A stretch of 47,400 nt of DNA. Origin: Rudaea sp. Lineage in GTDB: Bacteria > Pseudomonadota > Gammaproteobacteria > Xanthomonadales > Rhodanobacteraceae. Positions 19,401 to 29,048 of the stretch are shown here, piece by piece. The stretch covers positions 1 to 47,400 of the forward strand of contig DASSXQ010000092.1 of the NCBI GenBank assembly GCA_035703725.1, written 5' to 3'. The first letter of the stretch is position 1. Each line of letters begins with the position of its first letter. Position numbers and translations under genes: made by a program. Below the pieces are notes generated by a model. That model made no database searches, was not told where the DNA came from, and worked only from the letters and a program-made list of their open reading frames with translations.

Positions 19401-22400
19401 CGCACGCAAGGCGGCATTGGCGTAAAGGATCGTGCCGGCGAGTCGCCCGAATAGCTGCGCATCGGCCTCACCGACATTGATTTGACTCAGGGCGACGTGG
19501 CTATGCGTCCAGGCCAGATCGAATACCCGATCCGACATGGCCTTGTCCTGATAACGCTCGATCAATCCCAGACAAGCCGTCTCATCCTCGGCAACACCGG
19601 TAACGATATCCAGCGTCACGGTTTGGTCCGGTTGCAGCACCACGCGCTGGCGAATCGCCACACAAGCATCGAGCACCGAACCCTCGGCACCGGACAGTTG
19701 TGCGGATTCGTCCAGCGCAGCGGGTGCGGCCAACGTGCGCCCGCGGCCAATGAACGCGGCGCGATCGGTTTCAAAGGATGTCTGCACGCTGCGCCCGCCG
19801 CGCACCTTCATCACATGCAGCATCCATGGCGGACGTTCATCGGCCGAACGTGGTCGGCGCGTGCAAACGATTGCGTCGCTGCGCGACTGAATCCGGGTTT
19901 GCACGAAAAGGTTGTTGAACCCGCGCTGTCCCGCGTCCGCCTGCGGCAGCGCCAGCACGACCTCGGCGTAGCTGGTCAACTCGATGGTGCGCGGCGTACG
20001 CGAACGATTGATCAGACGCACGCGCCGCAGTTCGATATCGTGCTCCGGCGATACGGCGACGTCGGTGTGTGTATCGACAAGATTGTCGCGGCGCCGATAT
20101 TCCACGCGGGATTCGGCAAACGTGGCTTCATACACGTCGGCCGGCATCCGCGTGGGTTGATACGCAATTGACCAGACGTGTGCGCTGCCCAAATCGCGCA
20201 CGTAACAAAATGTTCCCCAATCGTCACACGTGGGATCCTCGCGCCAGCGCGTGACGGCCAGATCCTTCCAGCGACTGTAGCCGCCGCCGGAATTGGTCAG
20301 CATCACGTGATAGCGACCGTTGGACAGCAACTGCACGCCGAGATTGGGCGTATCGGCCCGGCCGAAAACACGGATCGGCATCTCGGCGGTTTCCGTGGGT
20401 GGACGCACGTCGACCATCTCCGTGTGCGCGGTGGAGTTCGCGTCGGCCTTGGGAATGCGTTCCTGCAACAAATGCAGTGCCGACTGGAACAACGGTGCCG
20501 ACACGAAGCGGCGCTGCATCGGCGCATCGAGCAAGGCATGCGCAAACGCAAGCAGGCTCATGCCTTGATGGTGCGCCATGAACGACACCACCTTGGCGCT
20601 GGTTTCGCCGCGGTGCAGCCGCGATGGCGTGTAGTCGACCGCCTCGTAGAAGCCAAAGCGGCCGAGCATGTCCTGTGCCGCCAGACGTTGCAAATTCGCG
20701 CACGCGCTGGCCGGATCGATCAGCAATGCCAATGCACTGGCATACGGCGCAATGACCAAATCCTCGGCCAAACCGCGCTTGAGGCCCAGCCCGGGAACGC
20801 CAAAGGCGCGATATTGATAATTGAGCGCGGCGTCGACCGCGCTGTAGCCGGATTCGGAAATGCCCCACGGCACGCCACGTTCATTGGCGTAGGCAATTTG
20901 TCGGGCAACGGCGACCGCGCAACTGCGATCAAGCAGACTGTTGCGATACGACGGCATCACCAGCAACGGCATCAGATATTCGAACATCGAACCGCTCCAG
21001 GAATACAACGCCGCACCCGATGGCGTTTGCGCGAGCAGTCTGCCCATCGCATACCAGTGTTCCTGCGGCGTTTGATCCTGGGCAATGGCCAGGTAACTGG
21101 CCAGACGCGCTTCAGAAGCCAGCAAATCGTAAAAGCTTTGGTCCATGCGGCGTTCGCTGGCGTCGTAACCAATCGCAAACAGGCGGCGGATCGAGTCGTA
21201 CAGGAATCTGAAATCCATCTGCGCCAACTCGCACGCGTGCAATCCCGTGGCGTGCAAATCGGCAATGGTTGCATTTGCCCGTTCCGCGCCGCTGGCGAGT
21301 TGGTGTGCAAATGCGTCAATCCACGCGCTTTCGTCAGCGTTGGCCTGATCCAGCGCACGCAAGCTTCGCAACACGTCGCGCATGTGCGCAGCGGCGTCTT
21401 CCAGCACGGGAATCGGCAACGCGCACACGATGTCCGCGATACGCCGACTTGGCGGTGGCATTGCCAGCCACGGCAAAATGCCGCGCAAATAAACTTGCGC
21501 GTCGCGGCATTGTTGCAGCAACGCATTTGCCCAGCGCTCCAGCGCCGCATCCTCGATGCGTTGCGTCCACTCGCGGATTTCAGTTGCGCATTCGACGAGA
21601 TGGACCAACGCGCAGTCCGCGTCCGTTGCGCTGAGCAACTCGTCGGGCAATACGCCATCCAGATGGCGCTCGAAACGATCCACGGCATTATCCGCATTCG
21701 CGCCCGCAAGCTCGCGCAGAAGTTCCAGCACATCACGCAGGCCTTCGAACATCCGCGCGTCGAGGACCGGCTTGCGTTGCAGATGCAGCAGCCCGGCGTG
21801 CAACGTGAGCAGATGCGCACCGAGATTGCCGCTGTCGACGGTGGAAATGTACAGTGGATGCAACGGTTGCAGCGTGCGTGTGTCGTACCAGTTGTAGAAG
21901 TGCCCGCGTTCGCGCGGCAGCAATTGCATGGTCGCAAGCAAATTGCGACAGCGCTCGAGCAGGGTTGTCGTACTGATGTAGCCCAGATCGTGGGCGCTCA
22001 GGTTGGACAACAACGCCATGCCGATGTTGGTTGGCGAGGTGCGTCGGGCAATCACCTCGGCGGGTTTTTCCTGGATATTGTCCGGGGGCAACCAATGTTC
22101 ATCCGGGCCGGCCAATTCATCGAAGAAGGCCCAGGTGCGACGTGCGGCCTTGCGCAGGAAGCGGACTTGCGCTTTGCCCAGCGTCGCCGCACGCGGATCA
22201 TCCAGCGGCCGACTCAACCACCACGCAAGCCACGGCGACACCAACCACGCCAACAACACCGGACAAACAACGACGAACACCTCGCTGCGTTCGACGCCAA
22301 GCCAGCCGGCACACGCCAATGCCAGGGTCGGACCGACCCACATCGCGCGAAACGCGGCAAGCAGCGAATCGTCTTTCTTGCGCTCCACTTCGCTCGACGG

Positions 22401-25193
22401 CGTCCACTGCAGCATGTGGCGTCGGGTGAAGGCAATGCGCACGTGCGTGCGCACGATTGCGTCGAGACTCAAATAAGCTTCATGCGGAAGACACGCCAGT
22501 TGAAACAACGCTTGGGCAAAACGTCGTGCCGCAGCAGTGGCCACGATGCGCACATGTTGGCGCCATCCAATGTCGCGCGACGTACGCAGCAGATCGAGCA
22601 GCATTGCTGTCGCGGGAGGAAGCAAAAATATTCCCAGTGCAATTGCGCTCCAGAAGATGGCCTGCGGCAGGGCGAACCATGCCACCAGAAAAAGCAGCAT
22701 GAGTGCGCCGGGGACCAGACTGCGGCGCAGGTTGTCGAGGATTTTCCATTGCGACAGCAAGGTCAGCGGATTGCGTCGGCGCGCTCCTTCGGGCCCGGGA
22801 ACACGCGAAAACATCCAACTGGCAATTTGCCAGTCACCGCGTATCCAGCGATGCCGGCGTGCCGCATCGGCCAGATATCGCGAGGGTTGATCCTCGTACA
22901 TTTCCACGCTGCTCAGCAACCCCGAGCGGGCATAGCAACCTTCGAGCAGATCGTGGCTCAAGATGCGGTTTTGCGGAAACCGGTTATCCAGAATCTGCTC
23001 GAACGCTGCGACATCGTAGATGCCTTTGCCGGTGAACGACCCCTCGCCGAAGGCATCCTGATAAACGTCGGAAACTGCGCGCGTATACGGGTCGATGCCC
23101 GCGTCGCCGGCTTGCAGGCGGGCAAAGCGTGAACGATTGGCACTGACCAGAGTGGCTTCAACCCGCGGTTGCAGGATTGCGTAACCCACCCAGATGCATT
23201 CGTGATCCGGACTGTATTGCGCACGATTGAGCGGATGCGCCATTGCCGCGACCATGTTGCGTGCGCTATCGCGCGGCAACTGTGTATCGGTATCCAGCGT
23301 AATGACGTAGCGCACCCCGGAAAGCCGTGACGCATCACCGACGATCAAGGCGAATCCATCGGCGCAATTGCGGCACAGCAGTGCGTTCAGGTCGGCGAGC
23401 TTGCCGCGCTTGCGCTCTTGCCCCATCCACACACGCTCACGCGCATTCCATCGGCGCGGGCGATGCAGCAGGAAGAAAATATCGCCCTTGGCATCGGCGT
23501 ACTGTGTGTTGAGATGTTCGATCGCAGCGCCCGCGCGTTGCAGGATCTGCGCATCGGCAGGCAACGTTTGCGCGTGCGCATCCGTGAAATCGGTGAGCAG
23601 CGCATAGCGCAATGATGCATCGCGATTGGCGAGAAAACGCACTTCCAGCGACTCGACCAGTGCATCCACGTCAGCGATGTCGCCAAACATGGTCGGCACC
23701 ACCACCAAGGTGCGAAAGTCATCCGGAATTCCGCCGGAGAAATCCATGCCGGGCAATGCGTTTGGAGTCAAAAACAACGTGGTGATGCGATTGATCAAGG
23801 CCACGGCAAGCTGACTGACCCCAATCACCAAGGCCACGTTCAGGCCAGCCAGCGCCCATCCCCGGATCGCGGAGTAGTGCGCATACAACGTTGCCGCTAC
23901 CGCAGCAGCCAGCGCAATGGCCGCTATCGCGCCGAAATACAATGGCGCGAGCGAACGTGTCCCGCTGCGCAAACTGCGCAACGACCACTTCGCGCCAACC
24001 TGGCGTTCCAACGCCGGCAAGCCATCGTCAATCAGGAAAAAACCAACGTGTGTGCGGCGATCCTGCGGATCGACTTGCGCGACGGCCGTGGCCAGTGCAA
24101 TGGCGCGCCGCGCCACTTCGTGTTCAGCCAGATGCGCACGCAGCGCTAGATCTTCAACGACGTGGCGGTAGCGATCGCGCGTGGCGAAATTCATCTGCGC
24201 ATAGGCGCCCGCCGGATCTTCGCGCAACACCCGTTCGGTCGCACTCATGCTTTCGACAAAGTCGCGCCACTCCATCGAGGCGAGGAAACGCATGCTGCCG
24301 ATGCTGTTGCTGATGGCGATCTGGTCGGCGGCCTGCTTCTGATTCTCGGCCTGAACCAACTGTTCGGTGGTCAAGCCGATTTCCGACAAATGCAGCTCAA
24401 TCCATGTCAGCGGCAAGGCAAGCGCGTTGCCCTGCCCTTGCAACTTGCGGGTAAGTTCGGCCACGAACGCGCTTTCCATTGGTGGTTGCGAACGGGCCAT
24501 GTCGGCAATCACCAGAATCAGGTTCTTTGGATCGTGCCGCGCCATGCCGATCATCTGTTCGGCCCAATAGTCGGCCAGATTGCGGCTGCGTCGATCCGTG
24601 GCGATGCGCGTGGCGATGCGACGCAAGTTTTCAATCAGCGCCAGACGCAACATGATCGGCACTGCCCACAGCTCACCCAAGGTCAGATCCGCCACTTTTT
24701 GATAGGCGGCAATGAACAAACCCAGACTTGCTGCATCGACTCGACCATCGCCGTGCGAGATTGCCTCGAGCGCAATATCGTAAACACGCGGCAGACCGGC
24801 CGATGCCCCTTCAATCAGTCGCGGCAGAGCGGTGCTGTAGCGTTCGGGCAGATGCCGGCGCGTCGTGCGGATTTGTTCGTCAATCAGGTAATAGTTGTCC
24901 AGCAGCCACTCGCCGGCCGGGGTGACGCGTCGATCGGCCTTGAGCGCTTCGGCCAACAATTTGACGGCGTGTTCGATGGTGCTTTCATTGCGCGCCAGCC
25001 GCGGCAGCAGCAAATCGGGTCCACGCGTCTTGCCGACCACGTGCGCACGCGCCAGGCGCTGTCCGTGCTCGGCCATTTGCCCGGCACTGAACAACTCGGC
25101 ACGCAATGGTTGTTCATCGTCGAACTGTGTCGGCGCAGTTCTCAAATGAAGCAATCGGCGCAACGACAACGCCAACGAATCAATGACACTCAT
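16491..25193 (-). CDS. ndvB: Cyclic beta-1,2-glucan synthase (GT84, GH189 cyclisation domain, GH94), 2900 aa
   Basis: EWLLDNYY, ERKRGKL, ITLDTDT, SHDLLEG, RRHRWIRGDWQ; six TM segments; PPDNIQE, TSPTNIG, YDLLASEARLAS, WSGSMFEYLMP; C-terminal GFRDQLQD and GDWNDG. Also called cgs/chvB. Confidence 0.95.
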   Translation of the reverse strand: MSVIDSLALSLRRLLHLRTAPTQFDDEQPLRAELFSAGQMAEHGQRLARAHVVGKTRGPDLLLPRLARNESTIEHAVKLLAEALKADRRVTPAGEWLLDNYYLIDEQIRTTRRHLPERYSTALPRLIEGASAGLPRVYDIALEAISHGDGRVDAASLGLFIAAYQKVADLTLGELWAVPIMLRLALIENLRRIATRIATDRRSRNLADYWAEQMIGMARHDPKNLILVIADMARSQPPMESAFVAELTRKLQGQGNALALPLTWIELHLSEIGLTTEQLVQAENQKQAADQIAISNSIGSMRFLASMEWRDFVESMSATERVLREDPAGAYAQMNFATRDRYRHVVEDLALRAHLAEHEVARRAIALATAVAQVDPQDRRTHVGFFLIDDGLPALERQVGAKWSLRSLRSGTRSLAPLYFGAIAAIALAAAVAATLYAHYSAIRGWALAGLNVALVIGVSQLAVALINRITTLFLTPNALPGMDFSGGIPDDFRTLVVVPTMFGDIADVDALVESLEVRFLANRDASLRYALLTDFTDAHAQTLPADAQILQRAGAAIEHLNTQYADAKGDIFFLLHRPRRWNARERVWMGQERKRGKLADLNALLCRNCADGFALIVGDASRLSGVRYVITLDTDTQLPRDSARNMVAAMAHPLNRAQYSPDHECIWVGYAILQPRVEATLVSANRSRFARLQAGDAGIDPYTRAVSDVYQDAFGEGSFTGKGIYDVAAFEQILDNRFPQNRILSHDLLEGCYARSGLLSSVEMYEDQPSRYLADAARRHRWIRGDWQIASWMFSRVPGPEGARRRNPLTLLSQWKILDNLRRSLVPGALMLLFLVAWFALPQAIFWSAIALGIFLLPPATAMLLDLLRTSRDIGWRQHVRIVATAAARRFAQALFQLACLPHEAYLSLDAIVRTHVRIAFTRRHMLQWTPSSEVERKKDDSLLAAFRAMWVGPTLALACAGWLGVERSEVFVVVCPVLLAWLVSPWLAWWLSRPLDDPRAATLGKAQVRFLRKAARRTWAFFDELAGPDEHWLPPDNIQEKPAEVIARRTSPTNIGMALLSNLSAHDLGYISTTTLLERCRNLLATMQLLPRERGHFYNWYDTRTLQPLHPLYISTVDSGNLGAHLLTLHAGLLHLQRKPVLDARMFEGLRDVLELLRELAGANADNAVDRFERHLDGVLPDELLSATDADCALVHLVECATEIREWTQRIEDAALERWANALLQQCRDAQVYLRGILPWLAMPPPSRRIADIVCALPIPVLEDAAAHMRDVLRSLRALDQANADESAWIDAFAHQLASGAERANATIADLHATGLHACELAQMDFRFLYDSIRRLFAIGYDASERRMDQSFYDLLASEARLASYLAIAQDQTPQEHWYAMGRLLAQTPSGAALYSWSGSMFEYLMPLLVMPSYRNSLLDRSCAVAVARQIAYANERGVPWGISESGYSAVDAALNYQYRAFGVPGLGLKRGLAEDLVIAPYASALALLIDPASACANLQRLAAQDMLGRFGFYEAVDYTPSRLHRGETSAKVVSFMAHHQGMSLLAFAHALLDAPMQRRFVSAPLFQSALHLLQERIPKADANSTAHTEMVDVRPPTETAEMPIRVFGRADTPNLGVQLLSNGRYHVMLTNSGGGYSRWKDLAVTRWREDPTCDDWGTFCYVRDLGSAHVWSIAYQPTRMPADVYEATFAESRVEYRRRDNLVDTHTDVAVSPEHDIELRRVRLINRSRTPRTIELTSYAEVVLALPQADAGQRGFNNLFVQTRIQSRSDAIVCTRRPRSADERPPWMLHVMKVRGGRSVQTSFETDRAAFIGRGRTLAAPAALDESAQLSGAEGSVLDACVAIRQRVVLQPDQTVTLDIVTGVAEDETACLGLIERYQDKAMSDRVFDLAWTHSHVALSQINVGEADAQLFGRLAGTILYANAALRADAQTIAANRCSQPGLWSYAISGDLPIVLLKIRSVINLELARQLVRAHAYWRMKGLAVDLVIWNDDRGGYRQVLHDEIMGLISAGIEPNIMDRPGGIFVRQADQISPEDRGLLMATARVIVDDDRGSLLEQVKRREQIAVSMPRFAVSRSEVAQVASPDSDNSPSAIQAQTQLFNGFGGFSTDGTEFVISVDADRPTPLPWVNILANPQFGSVVSERGSAYTWAENAHEFRLSPWHDDPVCDPTGEAFYLRDEETGQFWSPQPAPACGTTPYRVRHGFGYSVFEHEQNGIHSELWVYVALDMPVKFCVLRVRNVSAAVRRLSATGYIEWVLGDLRTKSAMHVVGEIDTESGALLARNAFNEEFSSRVAFFDVDDPTRTITGDRTEFIGRNGLLGSPAALQRSRLSGRIGAGTDPCAAIQVPFELGIGKSRELIFRIGAGRDAREAGNLILRCRKSGTARDALDAIRAHWQQTLGKVQIHTPDPALNILANGWLLYQTIASRIWARSGYAQSGGAWGFRDQLQDAMALVHCAPQMLRAQVLLCASRQFRQGDVQHWWHPPSGRGVRTRCSDDYLWLPLAVARYIQCSGDVAVLEQRSAFLEGRVLNENEESWYDLPSISGETASLYEHCQRAITHGLRFGARGLPLMGSGDWNDGMNNVGIHGKGESVWLGFFLYDVLMRFADVAERVDDAAFAEHCRSNAQRLRGSIDKNAWDGQWYRRAYFDDGKALGAAANIECRIDSIAQSWSVLSAAGDPKRRVQAMAALDQHLVRRDHALVQLLEPPFDVAPMDPGYIKGYVPGVRENGGQYTHAAVWAAMAFAELGDAARANELLNMINPLRHGDTVQKIGVYKTEPYVIAADIYAVAPHTGRGGWTWYTGSAGWMYRLIVESILGLRRRADKLEFSPCLPAQWPSVGIDYRHGAASYRIQLRQADGVREQTQVWVDGSLQTQAWLELIDDAAEHDVIVEAAAH

Positions 25194-25408
25194 TGTCTTC
25201 CTTGATCAGACCTTTCATGCAATCTGCCACCTCACGATAACAACACAAAGCTTAACGATCATACGCTGGCCGGCGCGCTCCCGGTAAAGCAAACCATCCA
25301 TGACACCGCTCGGCGGTCGCTGCCGGATCAGGTTTTTTTGCATCCTTGTTTGATCTGCAAAGTCAGGTTATGCGCTACATTACGCGCCTGCTCTTTCGGA
25401 AAAAGTTC

Positions 25409-27454
25409 ATGCGTGACGTCCCATGCCGCCGCCAACGGCGACGCTATCTTTGCGCCATCGTCTTCGCGAGCCTGTCGCTGGCCGCAGCCAATGCATTTGC
25501 GGGCCTGTCGCCGTGGCGGAATCGATCCGCGCAACCGGCCAACGACACACACATGCTCGACGCCCCGCTGCACAGCTATCGCGCGCTGAATCTGGACGTG
25601 TCCGCACTGCGCGCCCATTTGGACAGCGCGCCGGACCCGCAGCGCGCTGCCACGCCGCTGCTGCTCGATCTGCCGATGGCCGACGGCACTACAACAACTT
25701 TTACGGTGTGGCGTACCCAGGTGATGGCTCCGGCACTGGCAGCAAAGTTCCCGGAAATTCGCAGTTTCGCCGGCTACGCCGTGGACAATCCCGAAATTGC
25801 CGTGCGCATGGACGATTCGCCGCTGGGATTTTCAGCGATGATCCGCGCACCAAACGGCGTGACCATGGTGCAGCCGATCACGCTCGGCAACGGTACGCGC
25901 TACATCAGTTTTCGACGCAACGCACTGGGCAAGTCGTCGCAACCGTTTGTGTGCGGCGTCCACACCCAGGCGATCGTGACACCGACCTATCCGCTTGAGC
26001 ATGCCCAGGCGCCACCCATGGCGCAAACAGTCAGTGGGGCAACGGTACGCACGTACCGTCTGGCACTGGCGGCCACCGGCGAATACACCGCCGTGTTTGG
26101 CGGCACCATTCCCGATGCGATGGCTGCGATGGTGCAAGCAATCAATCGCGTCAATGGCATTTACCTGACCGACTTCGCCGTGCAATTCCAGCTCGTCGCC
26201 AACGACGACTCGTTGATCTACACCAATGCCGCCACCGATCCGTACAGCAACGACGATGGCGCGGCCATGCTCAGCGAAAACCAACACAACATCGATCTCG
26301 TCATTGGTTCGGCAAACTATGATTTTGGTCACGTGTTCAGCACGGGTGGTGGCGGCATTGCCGACCTGGGTGTCGCCTGTACCAAACGGTCAAAGGCGCA
26401 AGGCGTGACCGGTCTGCCATCACCGGTCGGCGATGCATTCTGGGTCGATTACGTCGCCCATGAAATGGGTCACCAGATGGGTGCCGACCACAGCTACAAC
26501 ACCCAGAATGGATCGTGCGGCGATGGCAATCGTGCCGGCTCGCAGGCAGCCGAGCCGGGTAGCGGTTCCACCATCATGGCTTATGCCGGCATCTGCGGGC
26601 CATCCGATCTGCAGCCGCATTCGGATGCCTATTTTCATGCCATCAGCCTGAGTCCCATCGTGCAACGCCTGGCTTTTGGCGGCAGTGCTTGTGGCAGCAC
26701 GGCAATCCCCACGAACGGCGCGCCGATCGTCGATGCCGGGCCGGATTTCAACATACCGGCGCAAACTCCATTTGAACTGATCGGCAACGCCACGGATGCC
26801 GACGGCGACACGTTGACCTATGCCTGGGAAGAAATGGACAAGGGCACGGCCTCCCCGCCTGAATCCGACGATGGCACACGTGCCTTGTTTCGATCTTTCA
26901 GTACCACCACGTCGTCGCGCCGCATCATTCCCGAGCTGGCTCGCGTCCTGAGTCACAATCTCGATGTGGATATCCCATCGGGCGGCGACATCCCGGGCGA
27001 GACGTGGGCGACGACGACACGCGATTTGAAGTTTCGGTTGACCGTGCGCGACAACCATCCGGATGGTGGCGCAACCGCCAGCGACGACATGGTCGTTCAC
27101 GTCGACGCCGCGTCCGGTCCATTTCGGGTTACCGCCCCGCTCGCCGCGGCTGCCTGGGTATCGGGCTCCAGTCAGGACGTTACCTGGAATGTTGCCAACA
27201 CAACGGCAGCACCGGTGAGTTGCGCCGGCGTCGACATCAGTTATTCGACAGATGGCGGGCAAACCTTCCCGACCATGCTCGCCAGCAACGTGCCCAATTC
27301 CGGGACCACCACAATTGCGGTTCCGCAAGGCGCGACCACCGCCGCACGCGTCAAAGTGACTTGCAACGGAAATATCTTCTTCGATATTTCGCCAGGCGAT
27401 TTCACCGTTACCAGTGTTGATCTGATTTTCAGGGACGGATTCGGCGGCGATTAA
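25409..27454 (+). CDS. Secreted M12 (reprolysin-like) zinc metalloprotease with C-terminal beta-sandwich domains
   Basis: Signal peptide ending ANAFA; prodomain with Cys-switch-like FVCGV; HEMGHQMGADH; Met-turn GSTIMAYAG; ends DLIFRDGFGGD. Confidence 0.88.
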   Translation: MRDVPCRRQRRRYLCAIVFASLSLAAANAFAGLSPWRNRSAQPANDTHMLDAPLHSYRALNLDVSALRAHLDSAPDPQRAATPLLLDLPMADGTTTTFTVWRTQVMAPALAAKFPEIRSFAGYAVDNPEIAVRMDDSPLGFSAMIRAPNGVTMVQPITLGNGTRYISFRRNALGKSSQPFVCGVHTQAIVTPTYPLEHAQAPPMAQTVSGATVRTYRLALAATGEYTAVFGGTIPDAMAAMVQAINRVNGIYLTDFAVQFQLVANDDSLIYTNAATDPYSNDDGAAMLSENQHNIDLVIGSANYDFGHVFSTGGGGIADLGVACTKRSKAQGVTGLPSPVGDAFWVDYVAHEMGHQMGADHSYNTQNGSCGDGNRAGSQAAEPGSGSTIMAYAGICGPSDLQPHSDAYFHAISLSPIVQRLAFGGSACGSTAIPTNGAPIVDAGPDFNIPAQTPFELIGNATDADGDTLTYAWEEMDKGTASPPESDDGTRALFRSFSTTTSSRRIIPELARVLSHNLDVDIPSGGDIPGETWATTTRDLKFRLTVRDNHPDGGATASDDMVVHVDAASGPFRVTAPLAAAAWVSGSSQDVTWNVANTTAAPVSCAGVDISYSTDGGQTFPTMLASNVPNSGTTTIAVPQGATTAARVKVTCNGNIFFDISPGDFTVTSVDLIFRDGFGGD

Positions 27455-27597
27455 GCGGATTCAGGTTACGGTTGGCAACGCAACACATCCAGGCATCGAT
27501 CACCGCATCTCGATTTCATTCACTGCAACGTTTGCGCCTGCCCCAACAGGAAATGCCGAATGCAACTTCCCGCTTGTCGCCATCACGGTTGATCGCC

Positions 27598-28149
27598 ATG
27601 AACAAACACCACGATCCACGCGACGTGCTGGCCTTCTGGTTCGACGAAATCGAACCAAAGGCGTGGTTCGCCGTGCAACCCACCTTCGACGAACAAATCC
27701 GTTCTCGTTTCGGCGATACCTTGCGCGACGTCGCGCAGGGCGAATGGTTTGCCTGGCGCACGCAGCCGCAGGGCCGACTCGCGGAAATCATCGTGCTGGA
27801 TCAGTTTTCCCGCAACATCCATCGCGGCACACCTTCGGCATTCGCGCAGGACCCGATGGCCTTGACGCTGGCGCAATGGGCCGTGGCGGAAGATGTGCAT
27901 CTGGAGCTTGAGCCCGCACAATGCACGTTCCTGCTGATGCCCTACATGCACAGCGAGTCTGCCGTTGTGCATGAGGTCGCGCTTGCGTTGTTCCGGAAAC
28001 ATGCACCGAAGAACAATTACGAGTTCGAGGTGCGTCACAAAGCCATTATCGACCGTTTTGGCCGCTATCCTCATCGAAACGCGATTCTCGGACGAGAGTC
28101 CACTGCGGAGGAAGTCGAGTTCCTCAAACAGCCCGGCTCCGGCTTTTAG
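27598..28149 (+). CDS. DUF924 family protein
   Basis: VLAFWF, LAEIIVLDQFSRN, MPYMHSE, IIDRFGRYPHRNAILGRESTAEE. Confidence 0.92.
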   Translation: MNKHHDPRDVLAFWFDEIEPKAWFAVQPTFDEQIRSRFGDTLRDVAQGEWFAWRTQPQGRLAEIIVLDQFSRNIHRGTPSAFAQDPMALTLAQWAVAEDVHLELEPAQCTFLLMPYMHSESAVVHEVALALFRKHAPKNNYEFEVRHKAIIDRFGRYPHRNAILGRESTAEEVEFLKQPGSGF

Positions 28150-28414
28150 GCGGTGAATCCGGCGCGGCGGCGTTTCCCGGCGCTTTGCCGGCGCTTTGCC
28201 GGCGACCTGCATCCATCCGGCTGCCGCGCACCGCTTTTCTGCCAATTCGTCACCAAACGGCTTGATTGAATGTTGCGTTGTGGCATTTTGCCCCGACTTG
28301 AGTGACTATGGACCACACAATCCCATGGCGCATCGCGCGCCGGGTCCGGTTGCCGACGCGCTCACCCATTCGCGACAATCGCAGTGCAAATTGCCAGTTC
28401 ATCTAGGAGACTTT

Positions 28415-28828
28415 ATGCCAACCAAACCGGAAATCACGCTATCGCGATTGGACGCCGAGCGCCTGGAAAAGCTGCTTGACACGATGCACGGCAAAAACTT
28501 TCCCGGCATCGCCGAGCTCGAGGAAGAAATCGCGCGCGCCCATGTCGTGGAACCGGCAGATGTACCGCCGACGGTTGTCACCATGAATTCATCCGTGCGC
28601 TTCAGAGTCGAGTCGCGCGACACCGAGTTTTTGCTCAAGCTCGTGTATCCAAGGGATGCGGATGGTTCCAGCGACAAGATCTCCATCCTCGCACCCGTTG
28701 GCAGCGCGCTGCTCGGACTCAAGGAAGGCGACAAGATCACCTGGCCGGCACCGGGCGGAAGCACGGTCAACGTCGAGATTATCGAAGTGGCCTACCAGCC
28801 CGAACGCAGCGGCGACATGAATCTGTAG
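28415..28828 (+). CDS. rnk: Nucleoside diphosphate kinase regulator (GreA/GreB-like C-terminal domain)
   Basis: RBS AGGAGA; ITLSRLDAERLE, VVTMNSSV, LVYP, ISILAPVGSALLG, YQPE. Confidence 0.93.
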   Translation: MPTKPEITLSRLDAERLEKLLDTMHGKNFPGIAELEEEIARAHVVEPADVPPTVVTMNSSVRFRVESRDTEFLLKLVYPRDADGSSDKISILAPVGSALLGLKEGDKITWPAPGGSTVNVEIIEVAYQPERSGDMNL

Positions 28829-29048
28829 GTGTATTGCGACACTTGCTTGCTCACGATCCATCTGCGCATCACGCGTGATTGACCGGCAACATTCCTGTGG
28901 CTGTCACCAGCCGCAGGATTTCCGCCATTCGATCCAGCCCGTGAAGACGGCATGTTTGCCGCTTCGACGGATCGCCGGCGAAAATCTCTGACCGCACCTT
29001 GTGAAGTAGTGGAGCTTCGACGTTTGTCGGCACCGCTTGTGCGCTGGA

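Noticed and set aside
16614-23132. Very long plus-strand ORFs of 946 aa (16614-19454) and 984 aa (20178-23132)
   Set aside because: They lie antisense to cgs, have no recognisable motifs and are expected shadows of a high-GC gene.
5523-25193. Classical tRNA-integrated island with the tRNA-Ser copy as att site
   Set aside because: The duplicate is only 20 nt from the intact tRNA, the glucan cluster lies 5' of the tRNA promoter, and no integrase or distal att repeat is visible. Horizontal origin remains possible but unsupported.
28168-28204. ccggcgctttg tandem repeat after DUF924
   Set aside because: Only about two copies of 11 nt in GC-rich DNA; no further structure.
28829-29048. 220-nt gap between convergent rnk and EamA as possible sRNA or small gene
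   Set aside because: No convincing RBS-backed ORF, terminator or recognisable RNA motif.
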